A DNA stretch of 63,363 bases, the filler included, from Octopus bimaculoides (taxonomy: Eukaryota): assembly GCF_001194135.2 (NCBI RefSeq). It is 10 parts of 9 records of this genome, joined end to end, with 100 filler letters (N's around TTAATTAATTAA, not from the genome) between each part and the next. Parts side by side here need not be neighbours in the genome. Positions count along the whole stretch, not along the records: positions 50,626 to 55,150 come from NC_068996.1; positions 55,251 to 57,852 come from NW_026436100.1; positions 57,953 to 60,653 come from NC_068983.1; positions 60,754 to 63,363 come from NC_069004.1; 6 more parts are not named here. One strand, 5' to 3'. The notes under the pieces were generated by a model, which saw nothing but the letters and a program-made list of their open reading frames with translations, was not told where the DNA came from and did not search any database. Made by a program: the position numbers and the translations under genes. Positions 52,583 to 63,363 of this stretch are shown one piece after another (the first letter of the stretch is position 1; each line of letters begins with the position of its first letter).

Positions 52583-53249
52583 ATGGCAGAACTACCTTCG
52601 AAGAAAGCTCATTCACTTATGGATGAGAAGCATGCATTTCCAGTCCGATTCGGAAGTAAAATATCTTGAGATTGGAAAAGACAAGGTATAATGCATTCTT
52701 TGACCTGTGGTGTTTGAAGTCGTTTAATACTGAGAGGCACTTTCCGCAGAATATTATCCGTACCAAAGAGAATCAAGGAAAAGAAGGTCAGAATTTTTAA
52801 AGTCAGCGCAAACAAAGCAAACGAATTTCTTCAAACATGCAGGTGATTCTAAAGATGTAAGAATGGCACCAAACAGGATTATCCACCCACTGGCTTGCTA
52901 CATAAGCCGTATTCAGATGGTGAAATCATGAAACATGCTATTGTCTTAATACTGATGAATGCGCTTCTTCTAGTATTCAACTAAAACTTTAAAAAACTAC
53001 AGCTCAATAATGACCACAACTCGACAAGATGAGTAAATATGTAGTGACCTACATGTCTGGCTTTTCATTAAGTCGAAGGATTTTATTTGCTGTTCTATTG
53101 GTCTTTGATTGCACAAAATGCATTACCAATATAGATCAACTAACGGTGCTCACCAATGTACTTATTCCAGACTTTTTGATTTACGGAGAATTAATTCTTC
53201 CCGTTGCATTCCATTCTCAAATGCGACATATAATCCATGAATTTCGTGC
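52583..53249 (+). mobile_element. hAT (Charlie/SPIN/GTF2IRD2-like) transposase fossil
   Basis: FQSD.EVKY, KSFNTERHF, KPYSDGEIMK and LVFDCTKCITNIDQLTV..DFLIYGEL resemble the family motifs KEYNLRRHY, KPYSDGE and DESTD..QL. Confidence 0.6.
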
Positions 53250-54238
53250 AACTTGTACTTGCAGCGGCACTCACCTGAGATAGGTTGAGCCGACTCCGAC
53301 CAGTGAGTTCACCACGTCCCTTACAAATGCTGATCACATCCAACGGTCAGGTGCAGTAGAGGATGCAATGGATACCCACTCTCGGTTTCATTGCCGAAGA
53401 AAATAGAACCTGGGACCCGACTGAGCTTTCAAGTCCGCTTTTACCGTGGCCAACCCCGTCTCCTTCTGTCTTCCTGCGCATTTGCTCCTGCCTTGAAGGC
53501 TAGCAGGTTGACCAACTGTCGAGTGAATACCCAACAGAGGCTGGCGGAGAGTATGACCGAGCCACCTTAGGCGTTTTAGGAGTAGAGCTTGTTACAGAGA
53601 GTTGATGAAGCAGGGTTGTATTCTGGGCTTCGAAATTAAGTTCAGTTAGCGAACACGCAAGACGTAGGCAGTAGTTGTCAAAGACTTTGAGTTTCGGAGA
53701 TCTTGAGCTTTCACTGGCCACGATTCGCACCCATAGGGAAGGATGGCCCTGATGAGCGCTTGCAAAATACGCCCCTTCATGAGAATTCTGATCACCAGTC
53801 GCGTCCAAAGGCGGCTCTAGAGGTAACAACGTGAGACGAGCGCTTTTGATGCATTGGTCAATTTCGTCCTTTCCTTGCCTGGTTGTTGCGAATGTCAATC
53901 TGAGATATTTGAAGTGGTCGACTTCTTCGAAAAATTTTGAGAACCTTGGTACCATTTCCGAGGTTGGAATCCATACCGGGAGAATTTTGGTTTTTTGATG
54001 CATTTACCTTCAAGCCGACCTTGAGAGCCCAAGAGTTAATGTTGTTGATAGCAGTTTGAAGGTCAGCATAGCTGTCTTCCGGAATCGCTATATCGTAGCA
54101 TTAGTCAAGATCAGTGAGAACAAAGTCAGTTCCACTGTGACAGTAGTAAATTATGCCAGTGTATGTTTCGTGATCCTCTCGATGGCGTAGTTGAACAGGG
54201 TTGGCGATAATGCACAGCCCTGTTGCACCCCGTAACAC
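53250..54238 (-). mobile_element. RTE-clade LINE 3' fragment
   Basis: GVQQGCALSPTLFNYAIE, EEVDHFKYL, QGKDEI, KLKVFDNYCLR; CAAGTACAAGT tail at 53251-53261. Confidence 0.85.
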
Positions 54239-56549
54239 ACCACATACAAATCAATTACAAAGAACTGTAATGCAGAGTGGCCATGTGACTGAAAATTCAG
54301 AAGATCCGATTGATGAAGCTATTTTATGAGGAGTATTAGATTACGGCCGTTTTGCAACCTTTGTATATGTGTGTGTATATGTCTGTGTATGTGTGTGTGC
54401 ATGTGCGTATGTGTGTCTGCTTGTGCATGTAAATATTTTCCTATATACTTGTATGTGTATATTTTTCTGTGTCAAAGTGTGTTTTAGAGTATGCGTTATA
54501 GTACTCTGCACCGTAGCATTAATTGTGGTTTCTACAAACACGACGAAGATTTTGGTTTCCTTACTTTACTTTATTCTATTTCCATTTTTCACATCATATT
54601 TCTTCGTACTCTTTTTTTCTCGTTTGTTTTTCTCATGTTCTCTCATAAACCGGCGTCATGGTATTTAAATACATCTCATCTTATAAACTGAAAGACTGAT
54701 CTGAGATACATGGCATTTATGTAAATCCGTCAATTTAAAGTATCTTCAAGTATGAAGCTATTAGTTGTACTTTTGTAATTGTGTATATTAAATTATATAT
54801 ATTTCTCAGTGAATTGTGTACATCTCTTTGATGCTCCTACCTATAATAGAACTACGAATTAATTATAAATATATATTTATATTTATGTGTGTATCTACCT
54901 ATCTACGCACGCACACACACACACACAGACACACACACACACACGCATACATACATACACCCATTTCCAGTCTCTGTCTCTCTCTCCCTCGTCAATGGTT
55001 TCTTTCGTTTTAGGTTTCTTAAACTCATATATATAATGGGTATTAACACTTGTATTCTGTCTATATTTTAAATATGCATACGAAGAGCTATTTATGTAGA
55101 GGTTCATCAAGCACCTATCCATCTATATGTGTGTGTGTATGTGTGTAGATNNNNNNNNNNNNNNNNNNNNNNNNNNNNNNNNNNNNNNNNNNNNTTAATT
55201 AATTAANNNNNNNNNNNNNNNNNNNNNNNNNNNNNNNNNNNNNNNNNNNNGGATGGTGTCAGGATAGCCCTGTAGATAACAGCCCTAGAAAGGCAGGATC
55301 CTCATAGATCTTAACTTTTCGTTAGTTGCTCGTTGTAATGGGGAGGCGGGGTTTCTCTCTGTTTACTTAAATTTTACTGATGCCTGAAACTAGGTTTCGA
55401 ATTCCAGCAAAATACATTACCTTGCAGGTATGTATATGGGACAGTATACGCGGAAGCGGGAATTAAGATACCTAATAACATTTTTCTAAACATCCCGCCC
55501 TCATCCCCAAAAGGGATATAAAAAACTTTAAATAGAGGTTGATTCGAGTGTAGAATGGAGTCAGTTGGTTTGTCATGAAAGACCGGGGATAATTTAGATC
55601 CTTGAAAGAAACAAAGAAACAGCTGATAAGACTGGAACGGTCAGATTTCATCACTTTATCACTTTATTATCTCCGCTTACTTTTATCCTTCTATTATTCT
55701 CCATTTTTGTTTAGCAATTTCTTCTTTATAATCTGACCATGTAGAGAGAATTGTAATTTATATTCATCATTTTATTGTCTATTTCTATATTTCTGCATTT
55801 TGTATTTTGATTAAAATTGTATTTTCTCTGTCACTATATCGAAGGGTTTAGTTTCGCCTCTAAACTCTTCAAAGCAACACATCACTTTGTTTATGCATTT
55901 TCACGCTGAATGAACTGAAGAGAGGATCGAACGAAAGGCGTATTTCAACAGTTACAGAAAGTGGCGCATTTTAGCCCTTGGGTGCATGATAATGGTTGCA
56001 CACATCACCATTGTATATGGGTATAAAGATATCTCGAAACAACAGTTGTGGTTTTAAGCAATGTCGTTAATTCTATTTTCTAACATTTATCTATTTAAGT
56101 ATATTCTACGGATGCACAAGAATTCCTGACATATGTCCAGTAGCACGAACGTGACATCATGTGACCACTAACAGTGGATGAGCTTTGCATCGCATTCTGC
56201 AAGGTTTTTCTCCAGATTTTATTTAGACCTATTTATATGTGTGTGTGTGTGTGTGTGTGTGTAATACATACATGTGTGTGTGAGTAATGTATACATATTT
56301 ATGTCTGTTTGTTTTTGGATGCCTGTATATGTATTGTTTCTTTTACTTTTTTTATATTTCAGTCGGCGCCAAGAAAATTCTTCACGGTCGAGTCGATATG
56401 AATAAATCCGTTAAATATTCTATTGATTTCTTTTGACGAACAGCATCATTATGGGAACATAAACAAGCAATACCAGCTGTCAAATTGACCTGGTTTACTT
56501 ACGTCCCCAGTACCAAGCAGGGACAAATGCAAACGCGTAGACATACTAG

Positions 56550-56584
<35 letters not shown>

Positions 56585-56700
56585 TTGCATACATACATAC
56601 ATACATACATACATAATGCGTACATACATGCGAACACACATACTTATATACATACATATATACATACATACATGCATGCATCCATGCATGCATACATGCA

Positions 56701-56736
<36 letters not shown>

Positions 56737-56755
56737 TATACATACATACATACAT

Positions 56756-57210
56756 AAGATCAGTGAAAAATAGAATACCGACGCTGAACTGTTGAGAAAT
56801 AGGCAGTTACTCTATCCAGACTACAAGTTCAGATCTACACCTGAAATTATTGCGGCTCTGGGACGTGTAACACCCTGACTAAATACCAATCTTGAGAAAT
56901 TAGGCTTCTCAAAACCAGAACGGAGAAAGCTAATTCGGAGACTACAGATCCAAGCCGTCATTGGAACTGTAAAAATCTGTAAAACTTTCCAGAAGTTTAT
57001 CATTTAAATATATATGAGCATGTTTAGATATGCAACTACATGCATGAGAATACATACATAATGCAAACATACAAATCTGCACATATACATACATACAAAC
57101 AAAAATATCCGGTTGTTGATGTTGAAATTCCAAAGAAGGAACTTTGGATCTAGGTTAGTAAGCCAACGGATTGATAGTGGGCTGCCATTCGACTGGCAAG
57201 AATGACACAC
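56756..57210 (+). mobile_element. 5'-truncated RLE-type non-LTR element, subfamily 4
   Basis: ELLRNRQLLYPDYKF..IIAALGRVT..LEKLGF..RRLQIQAVIGTVKICKTF* (stop 57005-57007) resembles an RLE C-terminus; begins right after (TACA)n. Confidence 0.6.
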
Positions 57211-59074
57211 GACGCTATATTTTATTTTCCCCAGAAAGATAATATTGTTATCTTAAATGAATTCGAAAGGAATACTATTAATAATTAATGGAGTAAGAAG
57301 TCTTCCTATTCTCCAAGAGTTATTTCCCTTGCCTAATAGTTTCGTCTTTCTTCAAGTAGCTGAAAACGGCGAGTTTTGAAACTTTTAAACGGTTTTATAT
57401 TTATTCTAAATGTTAAAAAGTTATTTTGTAACATAAACATTAAGAAATAAGAAATAATATTAAATATGCTATTCTCATTATCCAGCAGAATTAAATAAAA
57501 ACTTTGTCAAAGATTATCTATTTATTGCAAAATTACTTGATGGCATAATCAAATACTAAACTGAATAGATGAGTTCTTGGTTGATTGTTAAATAGGAAAT
57601 GTGTTGGAGGGAGTAGGGTTTATATTTGATGACAATAATCTCCCTAACGCGGGGTATAGTGTTGTGATGTAGCTTCGCATGTCTGGGGTGGTGTGAAGAA
57701 GTGCGGTGTGGCGGAGTGTCATCTTGATACTCTTACTTAGTTTAAACCGTATCTGGAAACATCCTTTCATTGAATCCAGAACTTACGATGGATGGTGGAA
57801 TGGCATGGCAGAGTGCGTTTTACATTTATATATATATATATATATATATATANNNNNNNNNNNNNNNNNNNNNNNNNNNNNNNNNNNNNNNNNNNNTTAA
57901 TTAATTAANNNNNNNNNNNNNNNNNNNNNNNNNNNNNNNNNNNNNNNNNNNNTATATATATACTATAATGTTAACTCGAGGATAAAAGACGAGATGATCA
58001 TGGCAGGAACGCTTTGAATCATAGATCTGTTCATTCAGTAATGATCAACAGCTAAACAACAACAACATGATGAAGCGATACAGCCTACTTTTTGAGCAGT
58101 GGAGTCACTGTATAAAATAATGACACTTGTTTCATTGCAGTATTCAAAATCTATCATGTGTAACTCGTAGAGATACACTCCACTAGTTTTTTTGTCGCCC
58201 GACATTCACTCTACATAAGAATGAAGTTTTCTAGAATAGCATCCATGATCCAATATGTTAGGGAATTCACCCGCAATTAATTTGAAGGGTATAGAAAGAG
58301 TTAAAAATAAGTATAAATAGACGATGAGCAGAAATACTAAAATGTTCAACATGATTGTGATAACTTACGAATTTCTCTGAATTAACATTATATTTATTTT
58401 TGTTACTACAACATGGAATAAATAAATATAAATAAATAAATGTAAGTTAAAGCGTAAATTTTATTTAAAAAAAGAAAGACCATATCCCATCTGAAGTAAT
58501 TAAAAAATGCTCTTACAATGGCGTAGCTGGAACAAATATGAACGTTTCTCAACCACGGACAATTAAAAAAAAAAAAAAGGAAAGGGAGAGGACAAATGAT
58601 ATATCTGAGAAAGCTCGTGAAGTGGAAAATACGCAGTCAGAGAAATAAAGAGAGGGGAGAAGGGAGAGGAATGGGGCTATAAAAAGAGAGTGAGAGTGTG
58701 AGAGGAATGGGGCTATAAAAAGAGAGTGAGAGTGTGAGAGAGGTAAAATGTGCTTAAGCGTTAGACGTTTACGTTCAGGAATATGCTATGACATTCTTTA
58801 ATTGCAAACATGAAAACATATCGTGCGCTACAAAAACTTGAATGTATTCACTCGCACGTGAAAATATTATATACACATACATACATACATACATACATAC
58901 ATACATACATACANNNNNNNNNNNNNNNNNNNNNNNNNNNNNNNNNNNNNNNNNNNNNNNNNNNNNNNNNNNNNNNNNNNNNNNNNNNNNNNNNNNNNNN
59001 NNNNNNNNNNNNNGAAAGAAAGAAAGAAAGAAAGAAAGAAAGGGGAAGAGAAGGAAAAAGATCAATATATATTT

Positions 59075-59500
59075 AAAAAGTGCAGTGTTGACGGGATCTA
59101 CTTAGACTTTGCCAAGACATCGACAAAGTTGATCATTACATTATATTTTATTAAATAAGAAACTTTGGAATCTACGAGCAAAGTGTTTGACTTTGAATAT
59201 CTTGAAAACAGGTAACAAATGTTTGCCGTCAGAAGGTGACAGTCCGCAGTTTCCGAAATCTCTTGTAGTTAAAGCACTGGGTATTGTTCTTGAACATTTC
59301 TTGTTCATTGCTTAGTTCTCATATGTGACTGAAGGCGACCCACTGGAGTCCTTAGTACATAAAGGAGTTTGACATAAAGGAGTCACTTCAGACAAAGATA
59401 AAAAATATTATTCAAATATTACTGCAAGACCTAGACTTTATATGTGTTCAGAAATCAAATAATAATATGAAGTTTAACACAATAAAGTTCTGTGATCTTT
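59075..59500 (+). mobile_element. Degenerate CR1-type RT fragment
   Basis: VDGIYLDFAKT.DKVDH and NNMKFN. Confidence 0.65.
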
Positions 59501-59974
59501 GATAGAAGTAAATCATATTCAATTACAATTGTTTATTTACTGCGTAAGCAAGGCAAGAAGGGGAGCGTCTATGAATCTTTTTCAAAAGCCACGATACTGG
59601 AGAGAAGTTATACTCAAACCAGATTTCTCGTCCAAATGCTTTTGACAGAGTAGACTCTGCTAAAGGCATTCAACGATCAAGTAGTGATATTTAATCAAGC
59701 GACAGGTTAAGGCTTCCATCCAAGGTCCTCAATGATCGTTTCGACAGATTATCATATAGTTTCTGTCCACCAAGGAATTTGGCACAGAGATCGAGCCCAA
59801 CGTCGTGCAGATGTGAAGTGAACTTCTTAAACACACAACTATGCTTCCTTTCTAATAACAGAACCAGTAAAAGTTGAGTCTTTTTATTTCTAATAATGAA
59901 TCCTCCATAACATGCAGTAGTCGTAAGCTATCGGTTTCGCCCTCAATACTTTGTCTGCTTGACGCTACCAGTTA

Positions 59975-60255
59975 ATTAAAAGGTACTTATTCCATTGACC
60001 CCGAAATAATGACCAGCAAAGTTGATCCCGCTGGAATTTGAACTCAAAACGTAAAAACAAACGAAATGTCGCTAAGCATTTTGCCCGGCACAATAACGAT
60101 TCTGCCAGCTCGCTGCCTTAGCCCTACAAGTTATACCGATTTCAAATTCTGGCACAGCAGTTTCGGGGATGAAGGAAAGTCAATTACATCAATCCCGGTC
60201 CTTAACAGCAACTATTTTCTTAGACCCCGAAAGGATGAAAGGCAAAGTTAACCTC
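59975..60255 (-). mobile_element. Two partial SINE family A copies
   Basis: Reverse complement of the family A head and centre, twice. Confidence 0.7.
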
Positions 60256-60344
60256 TATATATGAGAGCATGTGTGCATACATATATTACAAATGCACACA
60301 CACACATACACATATGTATATATGCGCATATATATATATATATA

Positions 60345-60370
60345 TCTATATATATAAAAATGAGAATGTG

Positions 60371-60413
<43 letters not shown>

Positions 60414-60653
60414 GTGAATCCCTAAAACTCGAGAACTACGCAACCAATTTCATTCAAATTTTACACATGCCTTACTTAGGGTTCCAGTTGTGTTTTAGTC
60501 AAAAAATTATTAATTTCTTACAGAGTTCGAGCACACGGCAACATAATATCTCCTCCACTATTTAAGTATTACGTGTCAAAAGTGAAACAAAAACACTCAT
60601 GTCAAATACTTTCACTTTAAAAATGAAACTATTCCACTCACTGAAACAATCAC
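60345..60653 (+). mobile_element. Non-autonomous Helitron-like element, copy 2
   Basis: 5' TCTATATATATAAAAA, (TCTG)n, core shared with 48982-49270; runs into a gap. Confidence 0.55.
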
Positions 60654-61715
60654 NNNNNNNNNNNNNNNNNNNNNNNNNNNNNNNNNNNNNNNNNNNNTTA
60701 ATTAATTAANNNNNNNNNNNNNNNNNNNNNNNNNNNNNNNNNNNNNNNNNNNNATATATATATATATATATAAAACTTATACAGTATTGTGAATTTAGCA
60801 TCATAACATCTGATTCATGTTAACGAACGGTTTCGTATTAAAGAACCTTCCAGATGTTCAAAGGTAAATGAACAACCATCAGCTATGACTAATTTTGAAC
60901 ATTATAACTTGGGCTTCTTTTACTGAAGGTCTGAAAACACTACATCTGGTTTACGAGTCTCAGTTACGTAAAAATGAATAAATGAACGGCATAAAACTCA
61001 GGGTTGAAAACAACAGTAAAATGATAAAAAAAAAAAGAAAATAAGGCGGGCCCATAAGCCGATTAGAGTTGTATTCCTTGGATTAGTTTTTTGGGTCCTT
61101 GTCCTGCATGCCAGCATTTAAGAAGCAACTACCCCCTATGGTTCCAGGATAGAAGAGCTGCATGTTTCGAAGCAGTTGTCCATAGATATTCTCTTCTCAC
61201 TGAATTTAAGAGAGATAATCATAACTGCAGAGCATCTAACCTTTGTGACTATACATTACTGTCCTATTCTTATTAATTTACCTGTGTCAGACTTGCTATG
61301 TTTGCTCTTAATAGAAGTTTTTATGCGAATGTTCCACCAATATACCTTATGTTGATTTGAATGTATTCAATAGTAGAGATGGTGTTTATATTTATCCCAA
61401 GGCTGTCTTTACTGCGGATGGCATTGAATTTGGTTTTAGACACAGCACCACGTTGCAGTGGAAGATAGTATTTCCTCGACATTTGAGAGCAACTGTTTGT
61501 TACATGCGTTATGTCCTTCACAGAAAAGAGCCATTATGGACATTTGCTGTTGTATCATATGAGTTTAAGGGCTTCACTGTCTTATGTGTTTGTTTGATAT
61601 TTCGTAGATATTTCTCCCTCTTTGATTACAAAATCATAACTTTCGAGATGTGACATGATGTAACGGCCTCGTGTTCAAGAGAGGCTACACTTCATGTTGA
61701 TATTGTCATTTTCCT

Positions 61716-61930
61716 TAAGGCGGCGAGCTGACAGAATCGTTAGCACGCTGGGCAAAATGCTTAGCGGCATTTCGTCCTTCTTTATTTATGTTCTGAGTTC
61801 AGATTTCACCGAGGTCGACTTTGCCTTTCATCCTTTCAGAGTCGATAAAATGAGTACCAGTTACGTACTGAAGTCGATTTAATCAAACTATCCCTCCACC
61901 GGAATTGCTGACCAAAACTTGAAGCAATAT
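61716..61930 (+). mobile_element. SINE family A copy, well preserved
   Basis: GGCGGCGAGCTGACAGAATCGTTAGCAC...GAGGTCGACTTTGCCTTTCATCCTTTC...GATAAAATGAGTACCAGT. Confidence 0.85.
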
Positions 61931-62459
61931 TGTCATCTTCCTTAGAGTTAAAGACAACTTTTTTCATTAATCTCCGTTTTCTTTGTTTGTTTGTTTCTTT
62001 TGTTTTGTTTTTTTGCGGTATGCAGTGTTTCGCTTTCTGGTCTTTGCTGAGAAATGTTAGTCCGGTAATTACTGGTTCGTATGGTAGGTCACCCGGAAGT
62101 GAGCGTTTCTTGAGGGTTATTTATTTTTGTTGAGGTATTTGGCAGACGCTCTCTTCGTGATATCATACGGCACCCAAAGGCGTTCAATCTCTTACGGACA
62201 CGCTTTAACCTCAAAATCCGCGAGCAAAAAGATTCTGATCTTGTCTTTACTGTTACTACTGTGATGGTCTCGATTCCTCGGGGCAGGTGGTCTCGTACCT
62301 CCACCTCAGACTCGCTCATCCTTCTACTTCTCATTGGCCTTGTTGTGTCAAACCAGCCTCGGCCCCGTACTAATCACTATCCTCAGGCCTTCCGGCCAAT
62401 CAATCGCCTTCCGGCCAATCATCTCTGAATGTAATCCAGGATGTCTGTGTGTGTACTGT

Positions 62460-63070
62460 TAGCATTATACCAGGTGTGAGAGCAATATTCCTTTATGGGT
62501 GTCTCACTTGAGTTATGCAGAGTGCCAGCAGCTGTTGGGGCTGAAATATTTTCTGGCCCAGAGGGAAAAGACCAGCTTTAGGGTTGCAGTCTATATTAAA
62601 GATATGTTTTTTGCTAAGAGAGATTTTTAGCGGCCGTGACGCCAAGCATTTGAAGCGACCGTGAAGAATGTAGCTGAATGTTCGTGAGATGCGGCTGTGG
62701 GTTTTCTTATATATGAGCAGTACTTGAGGGGTTTTTCTTTGCTATTAAAAGAGCAAGATTAGTCTGGTCCCATTGAAGGATACTTGCAAGATCCACAATT
62801 TATAGAATCAGTGCAGGCTTGGTGTCTGATGTGTAGGCTTCATGTGGATGGACCATGGTTGGAGAAAGTTGGGAGAAATGAAGGATCATGTCATTCGCAT
62901 AAAGAGGAAGGCACCAGGGAAACAAAACCACCGTTCCTTAGAGAACGATTGTTTGAAAGTGGGGTAGAAAAGATTTCTATCAACAGATGCTCCACTGGTG
63001 CGATCTGATAGGAAGTTACTGATCCAAGAGATGAAGAATGGGTGGATCCCGTAAGCAGGATATTTTGATA

Positions 63071-63075
<5 letters not shown>
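62460..63075 (-). mobile_element. Degenerate CR1/Jockey-type RT fragment
   Basis: PAYGIHPFFISWISNFLSDR and ARKYFSPQQLLAL..EYCSHTW. Confidence 0.7.
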
Positions 63076-63107
<32 letters not shown>

Positions 63108-63363
63108 TATGCAGGGCAGGGAATCATCAATTAGTAATAAAATTAACAATTAACAATTTCTGCCGGGTAGCTCAGTATGAAAAAACCTTTTTCGGTAAAT
63201 AATTTATAATCATAAATATATAGGGATTGACAGTAACCTGCTTCTCCAACATACTGAGAATTCAGAAATAGCAGTCAAAGAACTACTGATTTCAAAACTA
63301 CAAATTATTACTCCAGATTGATAGCGATATTTTTGATACACACAGAACAAAAAACAATAGAGA

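Noticed and set aside
55915-55950. CTGAAGA...GAAA hammerhead-like spacing
   Set aside because: Stem II and stem I do not pair convincingly.
58665-58741. Tandem 36-bp duplication containing TATAAAAA
   Set aside because: A simple local duplication in purine-rich sequence; TATA-like words are uninformative at this AT content.
59160-59212. Short exon-like segment ending AACAG/GTAAC
   Set aside because: It lies within a CR1-type RT fossil and has a weak acceptor.
61357-61653. 98-aa ORF with a TTG start
   Set aside because: No recognisable motif and no splice context.

Overview
AT-rich eukaryotic draft scaffold with many N gaps, TTAATTAATTAA gap linkers and very dense (TA)n, (CA)n, (ATT)n, (AGT)n and (TACA)n microsatellites. 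The repeat style suggests a cephalopod, probably Octopus (inference). I recognise no complete host gene; the best candidate is one 80-nt exon at 32008-32087. Most long ORFs in the track are artefacts of microsatellites and Ns. The rest is transposon-derived: at least four tRNA-type SINE families, four distinct fragments of restriction-like-endonuclease (R4/Dong-type) LINEs, a Tx1/L1 LINE, two RTE fragments, three CR1/Jockey-type fragments, two Penelope-like elements (PLEs), Tc1/mariner and hAT fossils, MITEs and Helitron-like elements. The main result of reading by hand is eight type-I hammerhead ribozyme (HHR) motifs from about six unrelated sequence families. They occur as two inverted pairs, one downstream of a PLE ORF, one inside an insert bracketed by an 85-bp direct repeat, one degenerate solo copy, and one fused to a Pol III B-box-like head (a candidate ribozyme-bearing SINE or retrozyme). 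A second theme is elements sitting inside microsatellites: a Dong-like fragment and a ~540-bp non-coding element in (TAA)n, and another RLE family next to (TACA)n.
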